Below, in pieces: positions 38,521 through 50,362 of a stretch of 64,000 nucleotides of DNA. The stretch is from Octopus sinensis (Eukaryota): the NCBI RefSeq assembly GCF_006345805.1, contig NC_043001.1, positions 8,370,001-8,434,000 on the forward strand, given 5' to 3'. Position 1 is the stretch's first letter, and the number at the start of each line of letters is the position of its first letter. Below the pieces are notes generated by a model. The model worked only from the letters and a program-made list of their open reading frames with translations, had not been told where the DNA came from and ran no database searches. Made by a program: the position numbers and the translations under genes.

Positions 38521-39859
38521 GATAACTACATTACTTAAAAAGATGCAGAGGGCGGATACTACATCGATTAACAACACCAATGGCGATTTGGAGATTTGGA
38601 GAATGTATACTTATTCATAATTCATCTGCTCAAGATTTTATCCGTACAACCAACAAGATAGGATTTATAATAAACGAATAATTAAATCATTGAATAATAT
38701 ATATTTAGAAGTGGTGTTCAATGCGTCAAGTAATGAAATAGCCATTTATAGCAACACTTCCTATTAAAAGTTGATTGTATGAACGAAAAGGCGCTGGCAT
38801 ATGGCTTATCGACATATTAAACATTCAAAGCCTCTTAACAAAATATATTTATCCAGAAGCACTCTAAACAGATAAAAAAGAACTCTAAGATGTTTTCATT
38901 CTATTCTTTCATTTTGTCTATTCATGCAAACATCCAAGCTGCCTTCGCGAAAATAAATTCTGTTCTTAGCTTATAGTTCAAAGTCTTCGTCTATCAAGAT
39001 GTACGAAAGATGCACTCGGACACTGTTGTACTTGGTGGTGATTAAAATGTCTGCAGGTAAAATATTCTGTAGAGAACACTCCTGTTATATTGATGTAAGA
39101 ACGAAAGATTGCAACATATTGCGTTATCAGACGAAAATTCGCTCACATAAACCTTGATTAAATACAAAGCACATAAGTATGTGTTTAACTGTATCTGTCT
39201 ATGTATGTATATATTTTTAATAGCAGAACTGTACAGCATAGTGTGTATGCTCTCGAAATAGGAGGAAAGCGTCATCTCGTCTTCAGGAATGCGTTAATGA
39301 TTAATGGATGTAATATATCTTATGTCAAAGGTATGGATTTTTAATCACATTCACTGATTAACTACATATCTTCTAGGAGAAAGGAAAGTTGCACTGTGAC
39401 GTCACTTCTCTTTCTTACGATTATTGTAACTAAAATCAACGTTACATATTGATATATCACATATCGGTATGGAAAAAAAAATTATGAAGATTGCGCCAAG
39501 TTAGAAACAATGAAAACATATAATATATAAAAATGTCCTTTATACAAACTCATACGTATTACAATTTTTACAATGTTTATATATTTCCAAACGTTTGTAA
39601 ATTTAAGAAACATTTAAAAATTAATAGCTGTAGGAAACTTAGTTCAAAATACAGGTTGGTATCAATGTTGCATTTTGTAGAAATTTCATGTAATTTCGTT
39701 GGTATTCAATGATATATATTTCCTAAGAGATTGCTAAGTGTTTCCCGAGTTAATAAAGCAATATAACTCAAACCCCAGTAAATATTACATATCAAACACT
39801 GATAAAGTAAAAGGCGAACAAGTAACAATAGTAATTAATGAATATTGAAAATGCGTTCA

Positions 39860-39876
39860 TATAGTTAGATAGAGGA

Positions 39877-39926
<50 letters not shown>

Positions 39927-40095
39927 GGAAAGATAGATAGAGGGATATATGGATAGATAGATATATATATATATATAGATAGATAGATAGATAGATGGAT
40001 AGATAGATAGATAGATAGATGGGTAGATAGATGGATAGTTAGAAAGATACATAGACAGGTAGGTGTATATGTATATATATATATATATATATATT

Positions 40096-40162
<67 letters not shown>
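39860..40162. repeat. (GATA)n and (TA)n microsatellites
   Basis: Direct inspection. Confidence 0.95.
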
Positions 40163-40165
<3 letters not shown>

Positions 40166-40313
40166 GTGAAATAGAAAGATGAATAATCTTGTAGTAGATT
40201 AATCAACAGTTTAACCGATACCTTAGTAGCAAAAATCACAGCAGTAAACAGCACGGTTGGAGGTACAACCATCTGGCGTTGCAACCGTGCGTTGGTGCGG
40301 ATAATTGAAATTA

Positions 40314-40780
40314 AAACATTATTGGTGAATTGAAGAAATGGAGCTGAACGCAGATTGAACAGAAATCGTTTTATTTCATTCTACACGTGTTTCGAAAGGC
40401 ACAAATTACCAAAATCCGATTGAATAATGGGACCATATTGTGTCTTTCTCTTCAGGAAGAAAAAAGGAAATCCGTTGGAAAAACAAAAACAGAACAGAGG
40501 CGGAGCAAAAAAACAAATCGAACTGTGCTCCTAAGAGCCCATGGCGAAACTGTTTATCAGTGTATGTTGAGAACCGGTGGCTGAAGAATTCAACGGGTCA
40601 GGCATCGGTCAATCATGTGGGTGAGGGTGTATAGATGTTCTTTGTGACCGAGAATAAAGATCTGACTATTTAAAGAATATTGGATGTTTTATAAGTGGCG
40701 AGAAAAAATCTACTTAGAGACGTGTGTGTATACTGTTCTATATATGTGTGTGTTGGCGTAGGGGTAGAAAACATTTTTTG
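40314..40780 (-). repeat. Pseudo-LTR arm 1 (sense, 3' end of the PLE)
   Basis: About 10 small differences, mostly 1-bp indels, versus arm 2. Confidence 0.95.
40369..40465 (-). ncRNA. Type I hammerhead ribozyme with long stem II, intact core (copy 1)
   Basis: Reverse complement of the motif at 43661-43756 with one extra base. Confidence 0.85.
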
Positions 40781-41062
40781 TGTACGTGTGTGCGTTTGAT
40801 CGTTCGGCTGTCAGTGGCTACTGCCGTGATAACCGTTGGGTGGCAGAAAGAAAAAAAAAAAAATTATATATATATATTATGTTTTATGTGTGTGTGTGTT
40901 CATCTAAGCCTACCTTGTCAAGGAAACCCCCCGCTGTGAAAAAACCAAGCCCCGTTTGTCTTACAGGAGTAATTCCCCTTGCAGTGGTCAATCGTAGATA
41001 TCTTAAAGGCTATTTCAGAATTTGTTACCAAGGGCTATGGGTGCCGGTATTATTTATAAACG

Positions 41063-41431
41063 CTATTTAAAGGCCAGATAAGTGTAACGCCGCCAATGGG
41101 GGCATCGAAAAGCCGACTGTAAGAGCCCGTTTACCATCCGGCCTCTGGCAAACAAAATATGGAAGAGTTCGGAGACACAAAGGTTGCACTGTCTTCTGCC
41201 CCTATCAAATGGGAGGGCCACCGACAAAATTGACCATTCCAGCCTATAGCTTAAGTTCGCATCCTTCAGTCGCCATATTAGCTTACTGAGTCCCGTGGTC
41301 TGGCGCTTGTTCACGTCCCGAAAAGTTGCGTAATGGTTGGAGACACGCAAAGACAATCTTGAGGATGATGCCCCTACATAAGTGAAGGCATCTGAGTCCG
41401 TGTAAACCTTGCATTGGTAGACGGCGTTTTT
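41063..41431 (-). pseudogene. PLE GIY-YIG endonuclease domain
   Basis: NAVYQCKV...AFTYVGASSSRLSLRVSNHYATF...TGLSKLIWRLK...EWSIL...RQCNLCVSELFHIL. Confidence 0.9.
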
Positions 41432-41932
41432 GATCTTGGAGTTCGCCGACGTGAATCTTAATCTGCTAGGATTGGTTTCTGAAATTAGAACTGCGTTCCT
41501 GTCACTATATTCGTTCCGAGACCTGCAGCCGCTTACTACTCTATTTTCCACTACGTCACTGTTAACTATAGGAATAACCCCTGATTCTCCACTATCTATC
41601 AGAGTGCTGTCATTGCTACTGCCCGTGGTACTGCTATTGCGGGAAATGATGCTGGGGATGCTAATGGGGCTCTCTACCCTACTCCCATTGTTACCGTCAA
41701 CCACAACACCCTATTTATAACTATACCCCTAGTGGGTACTCCCTGGCTGGAGCTGAGATTATGTGTCACTGTACTGGCTCTCATATCATTATTACTACTA
41801 TAATTATTCCTACTGAGCATTAAACCGGGAGCGGAAGAGGCTGTGCCTCCGGAAAAAGGTGATAGGGTCTTAGTAAGTAGCCTATTATTATGGGAGGCGA
41901 TTATCTGGGCGAGGTTTTAGTGTTGGAGAAAG

Positions 41933-43344
41933 CTATCCTAACTTTATGTGAGTTAACCGTGGAGTAATATTTGGAATTTCTGGGGAAGTTATTGGCGATG
42001 GCTTGTCTAACATGAGGGGGAGGTTAGTTCTAATCTGCTTACCAAAGGGGATTACAAACCATATATGCTTATTCCTATCAGTGTGATGGGTCGGGACGCC
42101 AGCTCTCGCATTCGGGTGGGTGATTCTCGGATGAATAACGGGTCTTGGGTTAGTGTAAGACCTCCCGGACCGATAATTGTCCTTGTTCGTTAAATTAAAT
42201 GCGGGAGCGACTACCCCGGCATCCGCCGCGCTCCCGTCCTTACTTAAAATGTTAATGTTATTATATACGGCCCTATCCTGATGACCGAATGATGGCATCG
42301 GAAGGGCCGGATCAATATAAATTATCTTCTGCCTATAACCGGCCTTGGATAGTGCGGCGTTATAAAATTCCGCTTTCTGCATAAAAATATCGGCACTGGC
42401 GGACAAGCCAGACAATCTTAGAGAGATGTTTTTAACCAAATTGTCTGTTACGGTTTTGGCATGATTTGAGAAGACACTGACATACTTCAATTAGTGGAAG
42501 GCTTATGGTAAGGGCAGTATGAGTCGCTATTAAGGTTAAGTGTAACGTCTAGGAAATTAGCCTTGGTGAGTTCATTATCAAAAACTATACTCATGCCCAT
42601 TCTATTAAAAAACCTAGCTAACCTGCTCTTAGTTTTCTGCACTATTCTGTTCGTGGTGTTTTGCAGGTAAAACAGACAATCGTCACGATACAGGCCGCCC
42701 GCGATCTCCGGGAATTGATCGGACAATTCGTAGAGAATATATATTCCGACCAAATCGGCTATCTGCGCACTATCCGAACTACCCATAGGCACATCAAATT
42801 CATTGGGAGTATCTTTACGGATCCACAACTTATTATCAAACTTAATAAAACGATTTCCTGGCAACTAAAATGATATCTATCTCTTCTCTGGTGAGGCCAG
42901 CCTTGTTGTGAGCATGCCAGAGGGCCTTATTTAGCACACTAGGGTTAATCGAGGGGTAGAAGCTGGCGATATCAAACTGAATGAACCTAGTACGGTTCTT
43001 ATTGGGATGGAAGAGAACCACTTCACTACCTGCGAGGAGTTGGCCCAGAGGCTGAGCTTCAGCTTGTTTACTAAACTAGGGATATATTTATCTAAAATGT
43101 ACTTACTGATTATCCCGATATCAGTCTAGCTCTAGCAGGGCATCTGAGTCTTAGCGCTGGGTTGGTGTGGAAGTTAGGTTTATGGTCCTTCACTATAAAT
43201 CTGGGTTGGACTTGGGGGCTAAGCGGCTGAGTTCTCTCATTTGATTTGATTCGGTGTTTAAATATTATATCCTTAATTTCCAAGTTTACCTTCCTCAGGG
43301 TACTCCAATGGTTTTTCTATAATTTTTCTTGATCTCTTTACCAA
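41933..43344 (-). pseudogene. PLE reverse transcriptase plus thumb, frameshifted
   Basis: KDHKPNF...LR; FIQFDIASFYPSI; FDVPMGSSDSAQIADLVG; GLYRDDCL; NFLDVTLNL...PYHKP; YNAALSKAGY; HIWFVIPF. Confidence 0.92.
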
Positions 43345-43811
43345 CAAAAATGTTTTCTACCCCTACGCCAACCCACACATATATAGAACAGTATACACAC
43401 ACACACGTCTCTAAGTAGATTTTTTTCTCGCCACTTATAAAACATCCAATATTCTTTAAATAGTCAGATCTTTATCTCGGTCACAAAGAACATCTATACA
43501 CCCTCACCCACATGATTGACCGATGCCTGACCCGTTGATTCTTCAGCCACCGGGTCTCAACATACCTGATAAACAGTTTCGCCATGGGCTCTTAGGAGCA
43601 CAGTTCGATTTTTTTTTTTGCTCCGCCTCTGTTCTGTTTTTGTTTTTCCAACGGATTTCCTTTTTTCTTCCTGAAGAGAAAGACACAATATGGTCCCATT
43701 ATTCAATCGGATTTTGGTAATTGTGCCTTTCGAAACACGTGTAGAATGAAATAAAACGATTTCTGTTCAATCTGCGTTCAGCTCCATTTCTTCAATTCAC
43801 CAATAATGTTT
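43345..43811 (+). repeat. Pseudo-LTR arm 2 (inverted, at the 5' truncation point)
   Basis: Reverse complement of 40314-40780. Confidence 0.95.
43661..43756 (+). ncRNA. Type I hammerhead ribozyme with long stem II, intact core (copy 2)
   Basis: Stem I TTTC-TTC / GAA-t-GAAA; CTGAAGA (43671-77); stem II GAAAGACACAAT/ATTGTGCCTTTC (11 of 12 pairs); GAAA (43732-35); stem III in palindrome ACACGTGT; GUA site, predicted cut after 43743. Confidence 0.87.
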
Positions 43812-45989
43812 ATATATATATATATCTATGTATATATATATATACATATATATTCATACATATACATATGTGTATGTATGTATATAAAATATTTATTGCC
43901 ATATAAATTTGGGTGTTCTCTAAGAAAGGATGATAGTGGTATTTTAACCCCAGGAGGCGGGCACATATATATGTGTGTGTGTGTGCATGGATATGGGTGT
44001 GCATGAATTTATATATGTGTATCTATATATACATATATTTAGAGAGAAAGTAACAGAGAATGAGAGAGAGAGGGGGTTCCTAAACTTGTGTAGGAATAAA
44101 TGTATTAGTTATGTGTATATTATGTAGAAATTATAATTTACGTTTTCACAAATTTTGTCATGTTTTATAACAATCTGTTGGTAAATCTTTATATACAGTA
44201 GATTTTAAATTAAAGATTCTAATGTTCTTCACAATTTACAACTGATGCGAAATGACTGACTGTTTCTTTCCAATTTCCCTCGATATGCTCCAGCAGTTGA
44301 ACAATTAGAACAAATCTTTCGCCAATAAGCATGCGCCTTGGGTGTTAGTTGTGTTTTAACAAACAGCTGATTCTCTAAGCGATAGTCTCATGTTTAATTT
44401 CTCAGTAGAAATTCCTTGAATCCTTTGTGGTATTTGTCTGTGGTATCTACATCGTTTACAATAGTGAAAAATATTTTGAAAGTTGTTGTGATATTACGTC
44501 GTGTTTATTTTGAATGGCATGAATTTCGGTTTCTGTTGTGTAATTGTGTCGTTACCGTGTACGTATATATATGAGTGTGCGTGTGTGTGTGTGTGTTTGT
44601 GTGTACACGCTGTGATGGCATTATTTCAAATTAGCATTCAATCGAGAAATGTCAAATTCTATAGTGTTCGTCTTTGCAGCCATGAGGTCAATATAAAATC
44701 CTTCAGAAGAAAACTGAATTCTTCAAGTGCACCTACAGATCTCAACCAATACAACCTTTCCATGAGCTCTTCTGAAGATGGGCAATGCATACATACTCCA
44801 GTGCATGTATATCGCGCTACCACCCGGTCTATTAGACTCAAATGCGTATCTAATTCGCTGCATCCTCTGTCTTGCCGCAATAACTTGCTCTCCTTCATTT
44901 TTGTATATATCTTACTTCCAGTTCATTTTAGCAAGAGGTTCACAACGCCATTTTCAATTGAATCCTTATTATTACACCAGGAACAATAGTGAACAATATT
45001 ACTTTAATTGACGTCAGCAGAGAGAATTGAATATAGCTGAAATAACAGCAAACTTCGATAAAATAGCTTTCAAAATGTACAAACGCAATAGTGGCTGCGC
45101 TACACCGTCAGCTCTTTAATAGAGCTTCCTAGAATAATTTAAAGTCCCGGCAATTCATTGACTTGAGAAAAGAGTACAGAATCTGAAGAAACATTTATTC
45201 GGACATGCATTGAATAGAAATTGTACAGAAATTATGTCGAGCGTGGATATAAAGAAAAAACCTACCTAATATTATGCATATTGTCGATACCCGAAATGTC
45301 GTACGATATTAATTTAATACAGAGAGGAAACGGGTATGTATAAATCCTACATGAAATGGTAACAGATACAATTCAGTAACGTAAAACGTAATTAAGTAAA
45401 AATTTAACAATCAACAGATATACGCAAATATGTTTTGCAGTCATGATCACGTGATGTGTAATTGATTGATATCAGGCTTACTGTGATTAAGAAAACAGCG
45501 CTCATACCTTACCACACAATTGGTTTATACTCTGATGAACATAACATTTAGCTGTATTGTGTAATGTCACGCATTACGCATTAAAAGCCTTTACATGAAA
45601 TCCCTGTTTATAAACTGTTGGCTTAAGTATTTTCTTTGCGATTCGTTACATTCTGCGTTGTAATAATAAAGTGAAATAATAGGGCGCCTAACCGCGGCTT
45701 AACAGTTGAACCTCTTATGAACTGTATCACTCGTGTTGTATGATTCAATAATCATTATACACGTAATGATTAAATAAAATATTAACGCCCCCGGTTTTCA
45801 GATATAATTACTTCATTCATGTATGCATGTATTCACGTATGAATCTAAGTTTCTATACATAAGGGTACCAATCTACCCATGTGGTAGCGTAATAATTACT
45901 GAGCGATATCCCCTACATGAAAGAATTCGTAGTCTTCGTAGCCCCTCTTCCTTATATAGATATGTATACACACACATACATACATACAT

Positions 45990-46013
45990 ATATACATACA
46001 CACACACATATAA

Positions 46014-46062
<49 letters not shown>

Positions 46063-46310
46063 CTCTTTTACTTCTTTGAGACATCTGACCACATTCTTCT
46101 GGGTTCAGTTCAACCGCATGGCACCTTGGGAAATTATATTCTAGTATAGCCCACGGCCGATCAATTCTTGTGACTGGCTCTAAGCATGTGTGTATGTTTG
46201 TATATGTGAGTGTCTGCTTGTGTGTCTTTCTGTTTGTGCACTCATTGCTCTTGGTAACCATTGTTGGTCTACTCTCCTCCCTGTAACTTTGTGGTACGGC
46301 AATTTTCCGG
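45990..46310 (-). mobile_element. SINE group 2, degenerate
   Basis: Fragments of head (ttcagttcaaccgcatggcaccttggg), body and tail around a CA/TA tract; order is mixed, so strand is tentative. Confidence 0.55.
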
Positions 46311-46586
46311 TTAAAAAATCAGTCGGTTGTTTTTTAGTCAAATCTTTTCATCGCTAATGGTGACATCTTCACTGATTTCCCTACTCTCTTCAAGGCCCAA
46401 TAAATTGTTTAACCGGCCCAATAAATTATTTAAAAGTCGAACTAGTGCGTGTTTTATTTTTCTTTGCGTAATAACCCTACAAAGACATAATCGCATTTGT
46501 TTCAACATACGAATTCATATCAGGAATTGTGCAAACCAAATATACAAACGAAGTATAAGCTATGTATACATATATATATATATATA

Positions 46587-46801
46587 TTAAAAATGTGACC
46601 GCGTGTCGTGTGTACCGCTGGCGATTTTTTTCCTCCGTCTTCCCTTCTTTTGATCTTTCCTTTTCCTATGTTTCTGACGAAGAGCTCCACCCGTAACGTT
46701 AACCCCTGCTTCTTTCCTTCTTTCCTGGGCGTCTAATAATACTATATTTGTTCCACATCCCCGCGTTGTTGTGTTTTCTCTTTCTGTTTTCATGTTTGGG
46801 T

Positions 46802-46805
<4 letters not shown>
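46587..46805 (+). mobile_element. ~220-bp repeat between (TA)n tracts carrying a decayed HHR (probable PLE pseudo-LTR)
   Basis: GTTT-CTGACGA-A-GAG(ctccac)CC-GTAA-CG-TT-AACC at 46670-46704; three substitutions from a canonical minimal HHR. Confidence 0.6.
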
Positions 46806-46881
<76 letters not shown>

Positions 46882-47574
46882 GGGATTAAATTGTAAGCTT
46901 AATTACATCATTCGGTTGCTTTCTGCAGCTCTCGATTCTAAATGTTCATTTGCGTTCAACCAGTAAATGATCGAGCTTACGACAAAATACAAAGCTTTAC
47001 GAGTATATATCGAAGCGAATCAGAAAATAACATATAGGAAATTATTTAACGCTAATATATTTGTGACATTATTAAGGAAATATACTGCCCAATACCCATA
47101 AGTCAAACAGGTAAATCGATTAAATTTACGGGAATATAGTCATATTATATATTATGATATATTGAACATTAACATTTACTTTTGATTGGTAATCTTTCAA
47201 AGAATATTACTTTTGATTTATCAGGTAATAAATATATCTTTACGTCCGGTCAATAATTCTGTTTATGGGAGATAGCCGTGATGTAAATTAATTCGAAGTT
47301 ATTTCAACGATTTGTCATATAACTGTCTCGAAAAACATGATAGATCAGATACAGAAACTAGTTCATATTAATTATAAATATTTAAGTGTCTTACTTAAAT
47401 GATATTACATAATTTATCCTGTTTCTATTTTATAGATTGATCAAATTGAGATGCATTTAGATATTGTTATAATCCTTCCATGAGGAACAGAACTACAGAA
47501 ATCACCTGGTTTAATTTTTTTCCTCCTGTTTGTCAAATAACTATCCATGTGGATTTTAGTTTTTAATATTTAAC

Positions 47575-47800
47575 GGGCGACGACTGGCAGAAACGTTAGC
47601 ACGCCGGGCGAAATGTTTAGCGGTCTTTCGTCTGTCGTTACGTTCTGAGTTCAAATTCCGCCGAGGTCGACTTTGCCATTCATTCTTTCGGGGTCGATTA
47701 AATAAGTACCAGTTACGCACTGGGGTCGATATAATCGACGTAATCCCTTTGTCTGTCGTTGTTTATCCTCTCTATGTTTTGCCACCCGTAGGCGATAAAG
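47575..47800 (+). mobile_element. SINE group 1
   Basis: Colinear with 33576-33807. Confidence 0.9.
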
Positions 47801-48374
47801 AGCTCAATATTTATTGCTCCAAGTTCGATGTAAATCCACATATTCCTATCGTATAGTACTTTTTACTGCTGACGACTAATTTTATCGTCGATTTATTAAC
47901 TAAAATGAAAGATGACATTTGAAAAACTAAAAAGATCAGTAACAGATTCCTTCAAGTTATGCAACCATGTTGCTCAGCATCGTAACTTCTTTACAATGAT
48001 AGGAATTCCTGATATAGTTAAAAGTGAGGAAAAGGGAAAGTCAGAACTAGACGGCGGAGGAGTGGTGAGAGGGAGTGAACGAGAGAAAATGGATGGGCTG
48101 TAGTTATGAATTATATTCCTTCAGAATACTACAGCATTAGTCAATCAAATCAGCAAGCAAAAAAATGGGTACTCTAACGAATATTATTTTTACAAAATTG
48201 TAATCAGTTCAAATATGGCTGAAACATATGCGATACCGCAAGAAAATCGTTCACTGTATTCCTGAAGTGAAGTAAATTTCCTGATGTAGACAGCTCCCTA
48301 ACCAGGCTGTGGTTCTTCTGTTGCTGCTCTGTCTGTGTGATCTTGATGCTACATAACAATTTGAATTTTTTGCC

Positions 48375-48695
48375 AGAAGGGCGGAGTCGACTCCAGTGGT
48401 TAAGTGGTTCTTAGTTTATTGACTCCCAAAAAATGAAAGACAAAGTCCACCTTGGCGGAGTTTCAACTCAGAACGTATCTACGGACGAAATACCCATTTC
48501 TTTACTACCCACAAGGGGCTAAACACAAAAGGGACAAACAAGAACAGACAAAGGGATTAAGTCGATTACATCGACACCAGTGCATAACTGGTACTTAATT
48601 TATCGACCCTCAAATGGTGGAATTTGAACTCAGAACGTAACGGCAGACGAAATACCGTATTTCCTTCGTCGTGCTAACGATACTGCCAGCTTGCT
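48375..48695 (-). mobile_element. SINE group 1 dimer (full copy plus truncated second copy)
   Basis: Same junction type as 33801-33814, at 48487-48500. Confidence 0.8.
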
Positions 48696-48904
48696 GTCTC
48701 AGAAGCTATATAATAACGTAAGAATTCAGAAATATTCTGAACAATCGACAGTAACATATTTCTAACCTGCTGCTCACATAGAAAGAGCAATTGTCATTGT
48801 AGTTGAATAGTGTTACTGTGAGTACAATACTTTTATTCCGTTTAAATGAATACTGTCATAGTCTAACTGTATATATAGACTAATATCAACAAATATATGC
48901 AAAA

Positions 48905-49200
48905 TAATTGGCCTTGAAGCCACAATGTTAGACGCATTATCATAGGCTTGGGGATCGATTCCTGATCTGATCACTCTTTTTCCTTTGCGGTTGTGCTTAT
49001 GTAGACCAAATGTCTATTTTTGTGTGTCTGTTTCTTGACGACTGATGCTGGTGTCTTTACATCTCCATAAACTAGGGGTTCGGCAAAATATTCCGATATA
49101 ATAATTACTAGGGTTACAAAGAATAAGTCCTGGAGTCAATTTCTTCAACTGAATGCGATCCTCCAGCATGGCCTCAGTGAAATGAGTAAAATAACTAATA
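48905..49200 (+). mobile_element. SINE group 2, degenerate
   Basis: gacgactgatgctggtgtctttac...ggttcggcaaaa...gttacaaagaataagtcctgg...ctccagcatggcc. Confidence 0.7.
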
Positions 49201-49526
49201 GAATGTAAACAATGCGATCGAAGACGGAAAAATAGGTAATAGAATAGTTAAACAATATTATTTTCTACCAAAGTCACAAGGCCTGAAATTTGAGGAAAGG
49301 GAATAGTCGATGATACCTGTCTTTAACTGGTATCTATTTTAATGCCCATGAAAGGATAAAACGTAAAGTTGACTTCAGCGGAAATCGAGCTCAGAACGAT
49401 GAACAGTAAAATATTATTGACGAAGGAATAGAGATTAAATTTCAGAATCGGAAAAAAATTTACTTCGCTCATACAGTCGTTTCGTATAGTGAGGTACAGT
49501 CACACATAAACTCATTTTCCCATTAC

Positions 49527-50362
49527 ATGGGAAAATGTGAGCAAGAAAAATATTATTCTTAAAATTATAAACCTGGAGAATTACAGGACAGGTTATTTCA
49601 CTTTGAAAAGTTCAGGATACTTTATTACACCTGGTAAAGTACAGAGCGAGAAAATCTTTACTTAAAATATTGCAGCTACGAATAAATTTGAAATAAAATA
49701 TTTAGATCTAGAAAATATTAGCTTCTATAAAAAACTAAACATTTTATTACAAGATATTGCCTGTATTTTTTTATTACTTCTCTTAAAAATAAAAAAATAA
49801 CTCAAAATCTTTTTTGCACTTCAAAAAAGATTAATATATTTTTATTATTAATTCATAATTAGAAATTTGAAAATAGGTTATAAAAGATAATAGTAGTACA
49901 TAATTAGTACAATAAATAGAATAGTACAAAACGTAGTTATATATTACAGTAAAACCTACCTATAACAACAAATTCACGGTAACGTTATTGCCAACTCTTG
50001 ACTATTTAATCTTGACCTAATGCCGATTTTTTACATAATGAATTTGCCTACCGTATATACTATTCTACTTTGCATAAAACTTTAGCTATATTGTGACTGC
50101 TGGCTAATCATTTAAAAAATATTTTAGTGTGTCAATATTTAAAAAAAAAAAAATAGTTCCTTTTTTTTAATTATAATGTTACTTAGCTGTAATAGTAATA
50201 TTTTATCCTTAGCTGCAATATTTTAAGTAAAAAAGTTTCTCGTTATGTATTTTACCAGATGTAATATGTTTTTCTGAACTTTTCCAACTGTGATAACTTG
50301 CCATGTAATTTTCCAGGTTTATACTCTTAAGAATACTATTTCTCCTGCTCGCATTTTTCCAT
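49527..50362. mobile_element. Old foldback element with ~155-bp imperfect inverted arms
   Basis: 49527-49678 aligns to the reverse complement of 50210-50362 (shared blocks tataaacctgga, cttttacttaaaatattgcagcta). Confidence 0.7.

Larger units (their letters stand above)
40163..43811 (-). mobile_element. Penelope-like element, 5' truncated within RT, with inverted pseudo-LTRs
   Basis: RT, thumb and GIY-YIG coding remnants on the minus strand; 40314-40780 is the reverse complement of 43345-43811; both ends abut (TA)n. Confidence 0.92.

Noticed and set aside
41430-41720. + strand ORF MILEFADVNLNLLG... and other ORFs antisense to the PLE
   Set aside because: Shadow frames of the minus-strand PLE ORF.
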